Source: Eledone cirrhosa (Eukaryota). From it: 64,000 nt of DNA. The translations under genes and the position numbers were made by a program. The stretch lies in assembly GCA_964016885.1 (NCBI GenBank), contig OZ024742.1:56420001-56484000 (forward strand). The letters run 5' to 3'. The notes beneath the pieces were generated by a model, which did no database searches, was not told the DNA's origin, and was given only the letters and a program-made list of their open reading frames with translations. Shown piece after piece: positions 12,545 to 27,094 of the stretch. Within the stretch, counting starts at the first letter, position 1, and each line of letters begins with the position of its first letter.

Positions 12545-14998
12545 ATACTTGGAGAGGGTCATATTTGTGTGATAATATTGCCAGAATTAATAACAGAACA
12601 CACTCACTGTTTAGTTGGTTTTCGCTTCTGTGTCTTTTATATCAGTTAATTTAATTTATTCGGTCGTCAATGTTGCCATTGACTGACCAACGGTCAAAAA
12701 TACAGATACAATATAGACACAAAGACATATATATAGTCTATCAAAGTTCTTTCGTTGCACATCTGCAACATCGTCAGTGGTGCTATTATGTTTCCTCCTA
12801 TTGCATTGTATGCTTACGCCATCTTTATTTAGTCTGTTTATTTATTTTTTTTTTTGTTTATTTTTTGTCTTCTCTGCGCATGCGTTTGCGTGTGTGTATA
12901 GTGTTTTGTTTGATGTGTTTTCTTGTTTGGGTGACTGTGTATTGGTTAATGTATTCTAACTTATTTTACTCTCAATGGTTATGCGCCCCATAATCAAGAT
13001 GTCCCCAGATGTATGTGACAGTACAGAGGACCTCCTCAGCAGAATCAGTGAGTGCAACAAAAACAGGAACCTATCCAACTGCATAATAGGCAGTATGGAT
13101 GTGGTATCACTGTACCCATCCATTAATATTGATTTTGCTGTGGAAAAATGTGTGGAGATAATCATTGAGAGTGAGGTTGAGTTCTGCGACGTCGACACAG
13201 ACGAACTAGGCCTCCTACTTAGACTTACTTACGACACTGACTACCTAGAGAGCCATGACCTTAGACGTTTCTGCCCCAGTAGACCCATAAGAGGTAGACC
13301 CCCACCATAACCTCAATGGCAAAAAGGACTCCCATGGGAAGGTGGATTGCTATACGGACCCCCAAAACAATGATCAGGTAAGAAAAATGGTCGCATATGC
13401 AATAGGGGCTAGTATCGAAACTACCTTAAAGGGCCACATACTCAAGTTCAACGAGAAGTTCTACACCCAAAATGAGGGAGCAGCCATTGGCGTCAGCATA
13501 GCTGGTGACGTTGCCAACCTTTTTATGGTATGGTGGGAAAGGAGACTCAAATATCTTCTTGATGAGAGCTCCATAGACCTCATCATGTACTCTCGTTACG
13601 TAGACGACATTAATATAGTAATAAGGACATCCCCACAAGAGAGCACTAACAAGTTTGATTTAGAACGTAGCACAATGGAAAGCATCCAGCAGATAGCTAA
13701 TTCCATACACCAGAGTATAACTGTAACTATCGACTACCCTTCCAAACACCCTAACAATAGACTACCTGTATTAGACACGGAACTCTGGATTAACGCTATA
13801 GACGAGAGAACCCAAATTCTCCACTCACACTATGCTAAACCCATGGCCTCCAAATACCTGATACTCAAAAACTCAGCAATCTCCAGTAGTGCTAAGTTTA
13901 ATATTCTGATCGCAGACTTGGTACGAGTGATGAAGAACGTGTCCCGCATGTGCGACCCAACAGAAATGGAAAGACACATCCAACACTTCATCAACCGCAT
14001 GCAGTTCTCTGGCTACAACCAAAGAGACAGAATCAGAGTATACGAAGGAGCCACAGAGAAGTATAAGACCCTCATAGAACTGGACATGAAAGGAATTTGT
14101 CCATTATACAGGAGCAAATCATGGAATAGCTTAGATAGGACTAGACATAAGTTAGGGAAAGCCACCTCATGGTACAACAACCAGAGATACCAGAGCGTCA
14201 TGTTTGTGGACGCCACCCCTGGAGGGAAATTAGCTAACCAGTGTAGAAAGGCCCTGAGAAAGACCCACTTAAAAATTAATGTGGTAGAAAAGCTAGGAAC
14301 CACCATAAAATCCCTGATCAGCAAAACCTACCCTTTTAAGAAAAGCCACTGTACTAATAGGAAATCTATCATATGTAGAGTAAACCCCCGGATAAACTGT
14401 AAAACTAGAAACGTAGTCTATAGCATAAGATGTACAGAGGGTACTTGCAGAAACATGACAACAACATACATAGGCCAGACAGCTCGTAGCATAGGTGAAA
14501 GGATAGACCAACACTGGGGGAACTAAAAGGACGAAAAAACGGTTCAGTACTATATGAACATGCCAGACAACAGCACAACGGTAACATAGACAACATAGAA
14601 GTTAGAATAATATCTAAACATAAAAATGACCCAGCAGATAGGCAAATCAGAGAGGCCAGTGAAATAGAACTTAGAAGGCCAAGGCTAAATAGAAAAAAAT
14701 GAATGGAATAACAACAACACCCAAACAAACAACACTGACCTAAGAGAAGTATAAATAAATAAATAAATAAATACATACAAAAGCACAATAACAACAAACA
14801 CATATAAACACACACTAGTAAATTAAGATAGAATACATTAACCAATACACAGTCACCCAAACAAGAACACACATCAAACAAAACACTATACACACACGCA
14901 AACGCATGCGCAGAGAAGACAAAAAATAAACAAATAAATAAATAAATAGACTAAATAAAAATGGCGTAAGCATACAATGCAACGGGAGGAAACATAAT
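12540..14998 (+). mobile_element. 5'-truncated Penelope-like element with an inverted pLTR (about 12540-12960) at its 5' side
   Basis: ORFs 12975-13310 and 13342-14526 contain GSMDVVSLYPSI, GAAIGVS, YSRYVDDI and NVVYSIRC..YIGQT. About 12786-12955 is the reverse complement of 14830-14998, the classic PLE inverted-pLTR layout. Confidence 0.92.
12740..12781 (-). ncRNA. Hammerhead motif in the PLE pLTR (homologue on + at about 26848-26890)
   Basis: CTGACGA-T-GTTGCA GATG TGCAAC-GAAA-GAAC-TT; helix I is weak and mismatched. Confidence 0.55.
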
Positions 14999-15209
14999 AT
15001 AGAGGAAATATATATATATGTGAAAGAGAAAGAGAGAGGAAGGATGTTACACAGAGAAACACATGCTCACGTACATGTATATATATATGTTCATAAACTA
15101 CATCATAAGAATATATAACAGGTGATAAAATGAGAGCTATAAACTGTTCACGTTGAAGTTTTTTTATCGCGACAGAGCAAATAATTTGTAAAGAAATATA
15201 TTAATATAA

Positions 15210-15402
15210 ATAATTGTTTCTACTTTTTGGCACAAGGCCAGCAATTATCCAGTACATTACTGGTACTTTATTTTATCGACCCCGTAAGGATGAAAGGAAA
15301 AGTTAACCTCGGCGGGATTTGAACTCAGACTGTAAAGTGACGTAACTGTGCTGGAAAGCATGGCGTCCGACTCTCTACCGATACTGCCAATCCACCGCCC
15401 CT
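15210..15402 (-). mobile_element. tRNA-derived SINE, Octopus OK-like
   Basis: Minus strand has A-box TGGCAGTATCGG, B-box GAGTTCAAATCC and the conserved CCTTTCATCCTTACGGGGTCGATAAAATAAAGTACCAG body. Confidence 0.8.
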
Positions 15403-15449
15403 ATATTAATTTATATTGATTTATATTAATATAAATAATAGAGAGCAGA

Positions 15450-18135
15450 AAGTCATATCAATTATACATCGGGGAAATGTTACTTGCTTTACTTGCAGAA
15501 TCACCATCATTTTCAAAATGTATTCCGAATTCTTCCGCAGACTTCCTACTTTACCTTCTGACTGAATGCAATCTCTTCTTCCTTTCGTGATCTGCAACCA
15601 TTTTCATCATCCAGTTATCTGTGGGTTTTAAGGTATTGATCGAGTCCAATGGTCGATATCCTGCAGGACATCTCGAGCTGGGTCATTCCTCTACACCTGT
15701 TTTGTCTAGGAGATAGAGGTGATCCACATCTGCTTTTGGGTGAAGTATTTTATTACAGGTCAAACGTTTCCTGGTTTTGGTGTCTACTCCCTTAATTTCA
15801 TCACCCTTCCAATTTATGATATTGAAAATATTGAAACTGTAGGTGAAAACTGGGGTTGAAAGTGCATTTATGGCAGATAGCTTAATCCTCAAGTTGAGCT
15901 CAGCTTTTCAAGATAGGGCGTGGTCTCCGGTAGTATTCCTTCCTGATTCTCTCTTTCGTGCTGGCTTGCTAAATACATTGGCTTTCATTGATCTTAGATA
16001 TCTGTAGTCTTGTTCTTGTTCTATTCCCCTAATTACTATATTCACATCTATTTGCACATATTTTCTCTTTGTCATTCGACCTTTCTTAAATATTTCTTTG
16101 GCGCATTTTTTCAATCCAAATTCCATCCGTACATTATCGCTGAACACTGTAACTCTCTTCAGCAGTCCACCCAATTCGCTCTCATTTTTGACAGGCAGCA
16201 TTAAGTCATTCATATAGTATATGTGATTTATGGTTTTGCTGTCTATTTTGTAGCCATATTTTGTTTTGTTAAGCGCTAAAGACAAGGGAGTGAGAGCACT
16301 GCAAAATGTCAGATGAGAAAACAAATCACCTTGAAAAATAACAGTTAATACTTATACTGCTAGAATGTATAAGTTCCATCACCGTGTGACAATGATAGGT
16401 TCGTATTTCATATAGACATTGTATTTCAGGAAGTTTGATATTACTGGGGAAATTTTCAGAACATTCATCGTTTTCAAAATCCATGAGTTGGTAACACTGT
16501 CAAATTCTATCTTACAGTCAATGCATGCATTATTCAGATTTCTTTACTTTTTATGACACTTTTCCAGAATCATACAATTAATGAGAAGTCAGTCTTTGCA
16601 CTCGTAAGACACCCTTTCTGCTCAATAAGGAAAAGGTCATTTTCATCCATAAATTTGTAGGTTGTCTCAGTCAAGATTGAGATGAGAATTTTGCATGATG
16701 TGGGAAGGCAAATGATAGGACAATAATTTGGCGGATATTTGTTTCTCTCGATAATAATTTTGTTATAACATTTTACCAACATATCATGGGTAACAGTTAG
16801 AAAAGATAACAGGAGGATTGGCACTTTATCAATGCCAGAAGATTTACATTTGTTAGCTTTCTTTAGTGCCAACTCCAATTCTGCCATAGTTACATCATGC
16901 CAACTCTGCTTTTCTAAATTATTGTATTTTTATTCCATGTTTTTCATCCATTCTGCATTCGCATTATGAGATTTTTCTGTACTCAATACTGTTTTCCAAA
17001 ATTATTCAGTTTCATGAATTGAGGGAAGTTCTTTTACTGTGTCCCAATTTCCCTGTAAAACCTTTTTGCATCTGACATAAAGAGTTTATTTTGATTGTAA
17101 AACTTATTTCGCTTTTCAATCTTCTGATTCTTTGAGTTTTCAGGCGTACTTTATGTTTCAGGGATTCTTTGATTGATGGAATATCAGGGTTTGAAGTTAC
17201 GTTATATTTCCTAATCACTTTCCTTCCTTTTCTTGACTTGGCAGATTTCCCAGCACATATTTCTTCAATGATCGATATTTCTCCACTCATCATTTCAATT
17301 TCTCTCTCAATTTTTATCTTCCAGGTTCCTTTTTTGTGAGTGTTGTATCCTTTTCCTTTTTTCCTTAACCCACATTTCCTTTCTATTACCGTTGCTGCTG
17401 CATAAATAGCCTTATTCAATTCTGATTTTTCAGACTCCATCTCTTCAATTATTGCTTGAATAGATTGATTTTCAGTTCTTATGTGTCTTTTGTTCTGGTT
17501 GTTGCTTGTCAATATTTGCAAGGCCTCTCTTTCATCCATACTAATGTTGTTGTTTTTTTTGTTTTTTTCACAAGTTTATTGAGAATTTCTTGTTTTTTTT
17601 ATATCTGATCTTTGTGTTTATGTGTAGAAATATCCTCATCCATATTATCAAACTGTCTTTCAGTTTGACCCTGCTCTGTTGTGTTTCTGATATCTTCAAT
17701 GCGCTGTGAAATATCTCCTCGTGACAGCATAGTCAATACGTTTTGTGGTGTCTCTTCTGTCAGATATTTATTTCCATCCCTTTCTGATATTGGTATTCTC
17801 AATGTTTTCTAAACCTTCTTAATTTCATTTAACTCTACATCTGTAGTCCCTTGTTTCTAAATGTATCTCTTCTTACATTTGCTAGTTTGTTTTCTTTCAG
17901 GTTTGGTCTCATTTCTGGATTTCTTTCCCTCCATAGCCTAAAAGAATTAATTGTCTGTTTTGATTCTGATGGTTTGTCCAATGAGTGATAGAATGCATCT
18001 TTATACTCTTCTAGAGTCCATTTGATACGTTGAGCTTTTTGTCTCCTTGTGGTGCCGAACTTGAAGGGCTTGGTTAGTTGGTTTCTACAGCCGATTCAAG
18101 ATCAATATCGTCTTTTCTTATATCAACAGAAAGTG
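15450..18135 (-). mobile_element. Degenerate R4/Dong-like non-LTR retrotransposon
   Basis: Broken ORFs contain SSGIDKVP, NYCPIICLPTSCKIL, EQKGC, INHIYYMNDL, FSDNVRMEFGLKKCAK, AINALSTPVFTYSF and LHPKADVDHLYL. Confidence 0.8.
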
Positions 18136-18412
18136 GGGAAGGGGTAATACTATTTATACTACAGTTAATGTTTTCTTTCTCTTCACTATTTGAGAAAATC
18201 GTGCAGCTTCTGAGAAATTATGACTTTGGAAATTTGAAAACGTTCTTTGCCCGATTCCCCTCTGAGAGAAATTATTTCCGCTCTTCACCCCATGAAAATG
18301 ATGGAAGGAAATTTTTGAACAAAATGGGAACAAAAATTGAACATAACTCTCCAACACACATACACACACACACACACATACACACACACACACATACACG
18401 AACAGACATACA

Positions 18413-18620
18413 CAGGATTGACAGTATAGGTAGAACGTAGGACACAATGCTTAGCGACATAGAGTTAAGGCTCTTTACGTTCTGAGTTCAAATTTCGCCG
18501 AGGTTAGCTTTGCCTTTCAACCTTACGAGGTCGACTTAATGCACTGGGGTCAATTTAATCGACGTTCCCCTCCCCCCAAATTACTGGCCTTGTGTCTATA
18601 CTAGACATCATTATTATTAT
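18413..18620 (+). mobile_element. OK-like SINE
   Basis: CTGAGTTCAAATTTCGCCGAGG..GCCTTTCA..CTGGCCTTGTGTC followed by an (ATT)n tail. Confidence 0.75.
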
Positions 18621-19263
18621 TGGGGCTGTGGATTAACAGTTATAAACGGTTAACAGTGTTGATACCAAACCATTACTGTTTACATTAATGTCTTTATATT
18701 TATTTAAAACTTTTCATCATAAGTTTTCGTAAGAAGTTTAATTAAGTTGTTTCAAACAGCAGCTACATACCGAGAAATGTATTTATATTACAAATTCCTT
18801 CCACAGTCTTTTTTATATTCGAAATCATTTGACAAGCAGTATCTTTTGTTAGAAGTATGGTAATGCACATGTTAGTAATGGAACTGAGGTGCGATTCTTT
18901 TTCAGGGAAATTCTAAGTGACCCCGAAAAGACATTAAGCGAGATAATCCGATGTCTCACCAATGCTTACAATTTGGAATTGTAAGCTAATTGGATACAGC
19001 TGAATGCCAAGTCTCTTTTAAATATCGTCTTATCACAGTATGCAGACCGGCAGCTTCATTTGCATATTATTGTGGATGTATAAAATCCCTGCTCAACTCA
19101 ACTGTTCATGCTTCCTTGGTCGATAAAATGAAGTACCAGTAAAGTACTGGGTCTATGTTATCGCCTATCCACTTTCCCTAAGATTGCTGGGCTAGTGTCT
19201 AAATTAGGTGTTTTATTAGTATTTTGATTGTTATTATTGTTGTTATTTTTGTTATTTTTGTTA

Positions 19264-19331
<68 letters not shown>

Positions 19332-19985
19332 TTGCGGGAAGACAGTGTCATATTTATTATCGAAATTCTCAGCTGTATGTGTAAGAGCGTGGAGCTGAAT
19401 CAGGTGTGCACGTATCGATGGAATATTCTACCGTTTTGCACATTAAATTCATTCGAATAACAGTCACACGCACCTTCGAAATCGATGGAGATCCATTCCA
19501 TTCAATGACAGTGTACAATAGTGTAATTCCATAACAGCACAACGGTAGTAACACGAGCCAAATCGGATATATTGATTATATTGACTAGCAAATGTGCATA
19601 ATTCTGGTAGAGACATTATTATGTCTTATCTGAATTCCAATGAGAAAATAATTTATACACACAACACAGCAACAAAAAACAAACAAATATTAAAAGGAAA
19701 CACGTGTAGCGATATAATAATAATAATAGTAATAATAATTGTAATAGTAATGATAATAAAATATGGAGATGATATCACATAATAGTAATGGAAATTAAGG
19801 AGAAATAAAAAGAAAGAATGGAGACATAGTTAGCAATGACCTTATATATTATAGTTGGACATTTCATGAATATAAAATTATCCTTTCAAGTTTATGTGCT
19901 GCTGTCAAAAGCTAAATGTATGAGAATAAAAATCAAATTTTACACACACGAACACACGTAATCATCTCCCTCTCTCTATCTATCT

Positions 19986-20084
<99 letters not shown>

Positions 20085-20249
20085 CCCCTCTCTCTCTCCC
20101 TCTCACGCACATACTCTCTCTCCACAGACGCGCACACACACACACATACACACACACATATATATATATAGATATATAAATATATGTATATATATATATA
20201 TGTGTATATATATATATATATATTTATATATTTATTTTATATATATATA

Positions 20250-20356
<107 letters not shown>

Positions 20357-20402
20357 CAGGTACACATATATATATGCACGCATCAGTTTAGCGGACGCTT
20401 AT

Positions 20403-20444
<42 letters not shown>

Positions 20445-20480
20445 GTATGTATGTATGTATATATGTATGTATATATGTAT

Positions 20481-21088
20481 GTCAGGTCACCAGTTGGTGC
20501 TACTGGTAACATGTATCCCAGTACAACATGTCTCATGGTCGGGTCGTTGGCGACTAAACTGGCAACCCCACCAAGGTTTCTTGGTGAGGAGGGTGACTTT
20601 GCACATCCTGCAGGACTAAAAACAAAACCTGTCAAAGGGCAAAGGAGCTCGTAAGAGTCAATGGCCATCCAAAATCAGCGGGAGAGATGACCCCTTAGCC
20701 TTTGTCAAGGCAGAATTCTAGGACAAGGAAAACTCTGATATAACACCTGCAACCCTGATGGTATCCAATGATGTTGACTTGTTCTTCTTTTTGCTAAATA
20801 GCATCTTGGTTAAGAGAGTGGGACTGGCTTTGTGCAGTGCCTTTGCTCACTATAAAAGCTTCACGGCACAGGCATTGCTTTATATCTGGAGATCTCTCAG
20901 CACTTGTCATAACATGGTACCATGGGTCCAGCACTATGTGTCAATAATTGTCAGAAGTGTAGTGTTTGTACCAGAGTTTTCAAGTCGCTGGCTAGACTAA
21001 AAAGTCACACTCGTTCAGCGCATCGGTAGGGGTTCTCCTACATGGATATAAAGTAGTGGCCGTACTCGAAAACGAGTTGGCAGCCACC

Positions 21089-21121
<33 letters not shown>

Positions 21122-21560
21122 TGTATGTATGTATGTATGTATGTATGGGAGAGATGACCCCTTAGCCTTTGTCAAGGCAGAATTCTCGGAGAAGGAAAAC
21201 TCTGATATAACACCTGCAACCCTGGTGGTATCCAATTATGTTGACTTGTTCTTCTTTTTGGTAAATATCATCTTGGTCAAGAGAGTGGGACTGGCTTTGT
21301 GCAGTGCCTTTGCTCACTATAAAAGCTTCACGGCAAAGGCATTGCTTTATATTTGGAGATCTCTCTGCACTTGTCGTCACATGGTACCATGGGTCCAGCA
21401 CTATGTGTCAATAATTGTCACAAGTGTAGTGTTTGTACCAGAGTTTTCAAGTCGCTGGCTGGACTAAAAGGTCACATTCGTTCAGCGCATCGGTAGGGGT
21501 TCTCCTACATGGATATAAAATAGTGGCTGTACTCAAAAACGAGTTGGCAGCCACCATGTA
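20481..21560 (+). mobile_element. Two tandem copies of the RTE-derived non-autonomous element (20481-21090 full, 21147-21556 5'-truncated), separated by (TATG)n
   Basis: High identity to 6311-6910. Confidence 0.8.
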
Positions 21561-22180
21561 TGTATGTATGGATGGATGGATGGATGGATGGATGTATTAG
21601 CGTGTGTATGTAAATGTGTCTGTTTAAAGAAAGAGAGAAACAACAAGGAGAAAGATAGGAATGGATACGTATATTGAATGAAAAGAAACTGATCGCCGTC
21701 GACATTGATGATGAGTGTACTATTTGTTCGATTCACGAACAAAATTGCTCGCGAAAATAGTATACATGTTGTTGAGGTTTCAACACATCCACACATACAC
21801 ACTTATACATTTAATATATTTCTCAGAGAGGCTCAGCGAGACAAAATGTATGACAATTGTGGTAGCGGAAGCCCAAAGCCGGTATCTTATGATTGCAAAG
21901 AAAACTTATTTTATACGTCTATGAAGATTGTTCAAATGACATACATTTTATATATACACATACACATACACACCACGCGCAAACACATACACACACCAGG
22001 GAACGTCTCCACGAACCAAAGTATCGTCTTCCCGTTTTCCTTCGGTTACAACGTTTTTCGAAATATTTAGTTCTGCGTTGACAGATTGATTTTTTTTAGT
22101 TTCATAAGATCCCGTTAAGGGTGAAAGCAGCGATTCTTTGCTTAAACTTTAATCTGTTATTTTAATATATATATATATAT

Positions 22181-22330
22181 ATTAATAAAAGGAATTCCAA
22201 CTTTGTCTGATTTACTCGTTTTATTTACAATCCTTTAAAATGTATAATGGTATTAGAATAACATTATAAATTTTAAAGGATTGTAAATAAAACGAGTAAA
22301 TCTGACAAAGTTGGAATTCCTTTTATTAAT
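22181..22330. repeat. Foldback palindrome derived from a PLE terminal sequence
   Basis: ATTAATAAAAGGAATTCCAACTTTGTC... pairs with ...GACAAAGTTGGAATTCCTTTTATTAAT. One arm recurs at about 45105-45182 next to an HHR. Confidence 0.85.
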
Positions 22331-22394
22331 ATAATCTTTTATACACAATCATACACACTCGTGTATATTTATCTATCTATATATATATATATGA

Positions 22395-22605
22395 TTTCTA
22401 GTATAGGCATAAAGCCAGTAATTTGGGGGAGGGGAAAGTCGATTAAATCAATTCCAGTACGTCACTGATACTTTTTTTATCGACCCCGTAAGGATGAAAG
22501 GCAAAGTTAACCTCGGCGGGATTTGAATTCATATCATAAAGGGCCGTGGCTCTATGCTGCAAAGTATGTTGTCCGACGCCCTACCAATACTACTAATCTG
22601 CTGCC
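22395..22605 (-). mobile_element. OK-like SINE
   Basis: ATCGACCCCGTAAGGATGAAAGGCAAAGTTAACCTCGGCGGGATTTGAA matches the 15210 copy. Confidence 0.75.
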
Positions 22606-22619
22606 CTATGCCAATCCAA

Positions 22620-23535
22620 TAATACAAGGACTATTTGTTAAGCCTTCATTGCGTTAATTGATTGGTGACGCGCATAAATCTTCGCAGATGGTTCCAAGCT
22701 CCTGAAGGTCATCAATAGCGTGGATGAGCGGATATGCCCCCAATCCGATCTACTGGCTGTTATTCAGTGGGCGGAAAGAACAATATGCTGCTGAACGAGG
22801 ATAAATTTGAGTTAATCCACTTTGTAAAAGAGGATACCCTGAAACGTCCATACTCCCTCACTTGAGATGAAACTGTCATGGCATCCAACAAAACCAGAGA
22901 GTTGGGAGTAATTGCGGACAACAATATGAGCTGGGCCTCACACCAAAGTTGACATGGCCTGCAGAATGTGTTCCTGGATTCTCAGAACCTTCCAGTCGAG
23001 AGATATGCACACTATTATCCTTCTCTTCTCCAATGTTGCCCAACCCCACCTTGAATACTGTTGTCCACTGTTGTTTCCCCACACGAAACAAAGTATCATG
23101 AAAATTGAAGATCCTCAAAGGTCAATCACGAAAAAGATAGATGGCATGTCAGGCCTTGACTATTAAGGCCGACTACAAAAACTCAAACATTATTCTCTGC
23201 AACGACGACTTGAGTGCTACATTATCTGCATTATGTTGAAAATATTCCATCAGCATTGCCCAAATGATGTTGGTATCACCTTTAAGGTACACCCAAGGCT
23301 TGGTCACCGTACTATCCGCCCATAACAAAAATCAAACTCGGCACAATTATTTCACCTCAATTGGCCCCACACTCTTTAACATTACACCAAAACACATTAA
23401 AACAGAAACCAACCTCGATAAAGTTCAAGAAGTCTTTGGACAAATTCCTTCAAGAAATCCCGGATAAACCTCCTACACCCGAATATGTCTCGGCAAACAA
23501 TAACTCCCTTCTTGAGAGAATCATGGTGTCCAAAT
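22620..23535 (+). mobile_element. Degenerate L2/CR1-group LINE 3' fragment
   Basis: SWILRTFQSRD..LFSNVAQPHLEYCCPL..IEDPQRSITKKIDGMSGLDY and [22 protein letters not shown]. Confidence 0.75.
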
Positions 23536-23570
23536 ATATATATTCATATATATATATATATGCATGTATG

Positions 23571-23607
<37 letters not shown>

Positions 23608-23925
23608 GTATAAATATATACAAATATATATATGCATATATATATGTATATATATATATGCATGTATGTATATATATGTATATATATATATGTATATATA
23701 TCTATATATATATATGCATATATATATATGCATATATATATATAGATATATATACAGTTCAAGAGTAACCAATCTTAAAGAGAGAGATGGAGATAAGAGA
23801 GGAGAAGAGAGATTGGTGAATTAGTTAGAAGCCAAAAGCGTAAAGGCATGTGCTCAATATACAATTTGCAGTAGAAGGCAGCTAGGTGACTGGGTTCATG
23901 CAGAGGTTAGGTGCACAGAGCTGGA

Positions 23926-24024
23926 AATATTCATTAGTTAAGAAAAACAAGACCACAAATTTCACAAGGAAGACATTATTTAAAGATTGTCAACATAGTT
24001 GTAGTTTAATGTAAGGAATGTAAA

Positions 24025-24109
<85 letters not shown>

Positions 24110-24894
24110 AATAATGTCCCTTTACAATTGTTTCGCTTCTCCATATAATGTTTCTGGATGAAATGATTATGGATCATTATTGATCTGGTTCAGTTGAAGA
24201 TAATTAACTTAGGTAAAATTGGAGCAGTTCATCGGAACTTCAAAAGGAATATAAATTAAGGTAAAGAAATATGGTTACATGAATGTAATGTTCCATATAT
24301 TGGTATTTGACTATGGTGTCCTGGGTCTATCTATTGTCTGCCATAGGCGAGCAATATTCTTCTGTCGAGGCTGTGTTATGCGAGATCTGCCTATGAGTAA
24401 CAAGATGGCCGCCAAAGGACATATTTATCTTACTAATTAGAGGCTGGTTTCAGGGGAAGTAACTCCAATTGTACCTAAGTTAATTGTCTTCAACTGAACC
24501 AGATCAATAATTGTTTCTATTTTTGGCACAAGGCCAGCAACTATCCCAATGTATTACTGGTACTTTATTTTATCGACCCCGTAACGATGAAAGGTAAAGT
24601 TAACCTCGGCGGGATTAATGATCTATAATCATTTGATCCAGAAACATTATATGGAGTAGCGAAACAATTGTAAACGGACATTCGAGGTTGACTTTGCCTT
24701 TCATCCTTACGGGGTCGATAAAATAAAGTACCAGTAATGCACTGGGTAATTGCTGGCCTTGTGCCTAAAGTAGAAACAATTATTAGTATTATTATTATTA
24801 TTCTTTACATTCCTTACTTTAAACTACAACTATGTTGACAATCTTTAAATAATGTCTTCCTTGTGAAATGTGTGGTCTTGTTTTGCTTAACTAA

Positions 24895-24900
<6 letters not shown>
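23926..24900. repeat. ~1-kb foldback of PLE terminal sequence, interrupted by two SINE fragments (24510-24615 minus, 24683-24785 plus)
   Basis: 23926-24030 pairs with 24795-24900. 24113-24215 pairs with 24615-24682 plus 24470-24510. (TAA)n lies at 24028-24113. Confidence 0.8.
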
Positions 24901-24983
<83 letters not shown>

Positions 24984-25023
24984 TTGCGAGGTTTTTTATA
25001 TGAAATCGTGTGTCGAAACCTTG

Positions 25024-27094
25024 TGCCTCCTACTTAGACTTACCTACGACACTGACTACCTAGACAGCCATGACCTTAGATGTTTCTGCCCTAGTAGACC
25101 TATAAGAGGTAGACCCCCCACCATAACCTCAATGGCTAAAAAGACTCCCATAGGAAGGTGGATTGGGTGGACCAAAGCTATACGGACCCCCAAAAACACT
25201 GATCAGGTAAGAAAAATGGTCGCACATGCAATAGGGGCTAGTATCAAAAGTTCCCTAAAGGGCCACATATTTAAGTTCAATGAGAAAATCTACACCCAAA
25301 ATGAGGGAGCAGCCATCGGCGTCAGCATAGCTGGTGATGTTGCCAACTTTTTCATGGTATGGTGGGAAAGGAGACTTAAAGATCTCCTTAATGAAAGCTC
25401 CTTAGACCTCATCATGTACTCTCGTTATGTAGACGATATCAATATAGTTATAAGAACACCCCCACTAGAGAGCACTAACAAGTTTGATTTAGAACGTAGC
25501 ACGATGGAAAGCATCCAGCAGATAGCTAATTCCATACACCAGAGTATAACTGTAACTATAGACTTCCCTTCCAAACACCCTAACAATAGACTACCTGTAT
25601 TAGACACAGAACTCTGGATTAACACTATAGACGAGAGAGCCCAAATTCTCCACTCACACTATGCTAAACCCATGGCCTCCAAATACCTGATACTCAAAAA
25701 CTCAGCAATGTCCAGTAGTGCTAAGTTTAATATTCTGATCGCAGATTTGGTACGAGTGATGAAGAATGTGTCCAGCATGTGCGACCCAACAGAAATGGAA
25801 GGACACATCCAACACTTCATCAACCGCATGCAGTTCTCTGGCTACAACCAAAGAGACAGAGTCAGAGTATACGAAGGAGCCATGGAAAAGTATAAGACCC
25901 TCATAGAACTGGACATGAAAGGAATTTGCCCACTATACAGGAGCAAATCATGGAATAGCTTAGATAGGGCTAGACATAAGATAGGGAAGGCCACATCATG
26001 GTACGACAACCAGAGATATCAGAGTGTCATGTTTGTGGACGCCACCCCTGGTGGGAAATTAGCTAACCAGTGTAGAAAGGCCCTGAGAAAGACCCACTTA
26101 AAAATAAAGGTGGTAGAAAAGCCAGGAACCACCATAAAATCCCTGATCAGCAAAGCCTACCCTTTTAAGAAAACCCACTGTACTAATAGGAAATGTATCA
26201 TATGTAAGGTGAACCCCCGGATAAACTGTAAAACTAGAAACGTAGTCTATAGCATAAGATGTACAGAGGGTACTTGCAGAAACATGACAACAACATACAT
26301 AGGTGAGACAGCTCGTAGCATAGGTGAAAGGATAGACCAACACTGGGGGGAACTAAAAGGACGAAAAAACGGGTCAGTACTATACGAACATGCTAGACAA
26401 CAACATGACGGTAACATAGACAACATAGAAATTAGAATAATATCTAAACATAGGAATGACCCAGCAGATAGGCAAATCAGAGAGGCCAGTGAAATAGAAA
26501 TTAGAAGACCAAAGCTAAACAGAAAGAATGAGTGGAACAACAACAACACCCAAACAAACAACACTGACCTAAGAGAAGTATAAATAAGTAAATAAAATTA
26601 AATAAAATAAGATAAATAAATACATACACAAGCACATAAACACACACTAGTCACCCAGCAGACACAACACTATACACACTAGTCACACATCACACACAAC
26701 ACTATACACACACGCAAACGCATGCGCAAAGAAGACAAAATAAAATAAGATAAACAAACAAGCAAATAAATAAATAAATATATAGACAGACTGAACAAAA
26801 AAAATGGCGTAGACATACAACACAACAGGAGGAACAATGAATATAACACCACTGACGATGTTGCAGATGTGCAACGAAAGATTTATGTAAATTATGTAAA
26901 CTATATATATGTGTTTGTGTCTATATTGTATCTGTATTATTTTTGACCGCCGGTCAGTCAATGGCAACATTGAGGACCGAGTAAGTTAGATCGCAGATAT
27001 ATATATATAAAAGACAGCGAGAAGCGAAAACCAACCAAACAGTGAGTGTGTTCTGTTATTAATTCTGGCAATATTACGCAAATATGACCCTCCC

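Noticed and set aside
15300-15402. tRNA-like A/B boxes (also at 28500-28574, 36272-36365 and 54480-54555)
   Set aside because: These are SINE heads continuing into SINE bodies, with no complete cloverleaf.
18906-18980. Plus-strand 75-bp exon-like segment (tttttcag|...|gtaagc) with an open frame
   Set aside because: No recognisable homology and no partner exons; such signals arise by chance.
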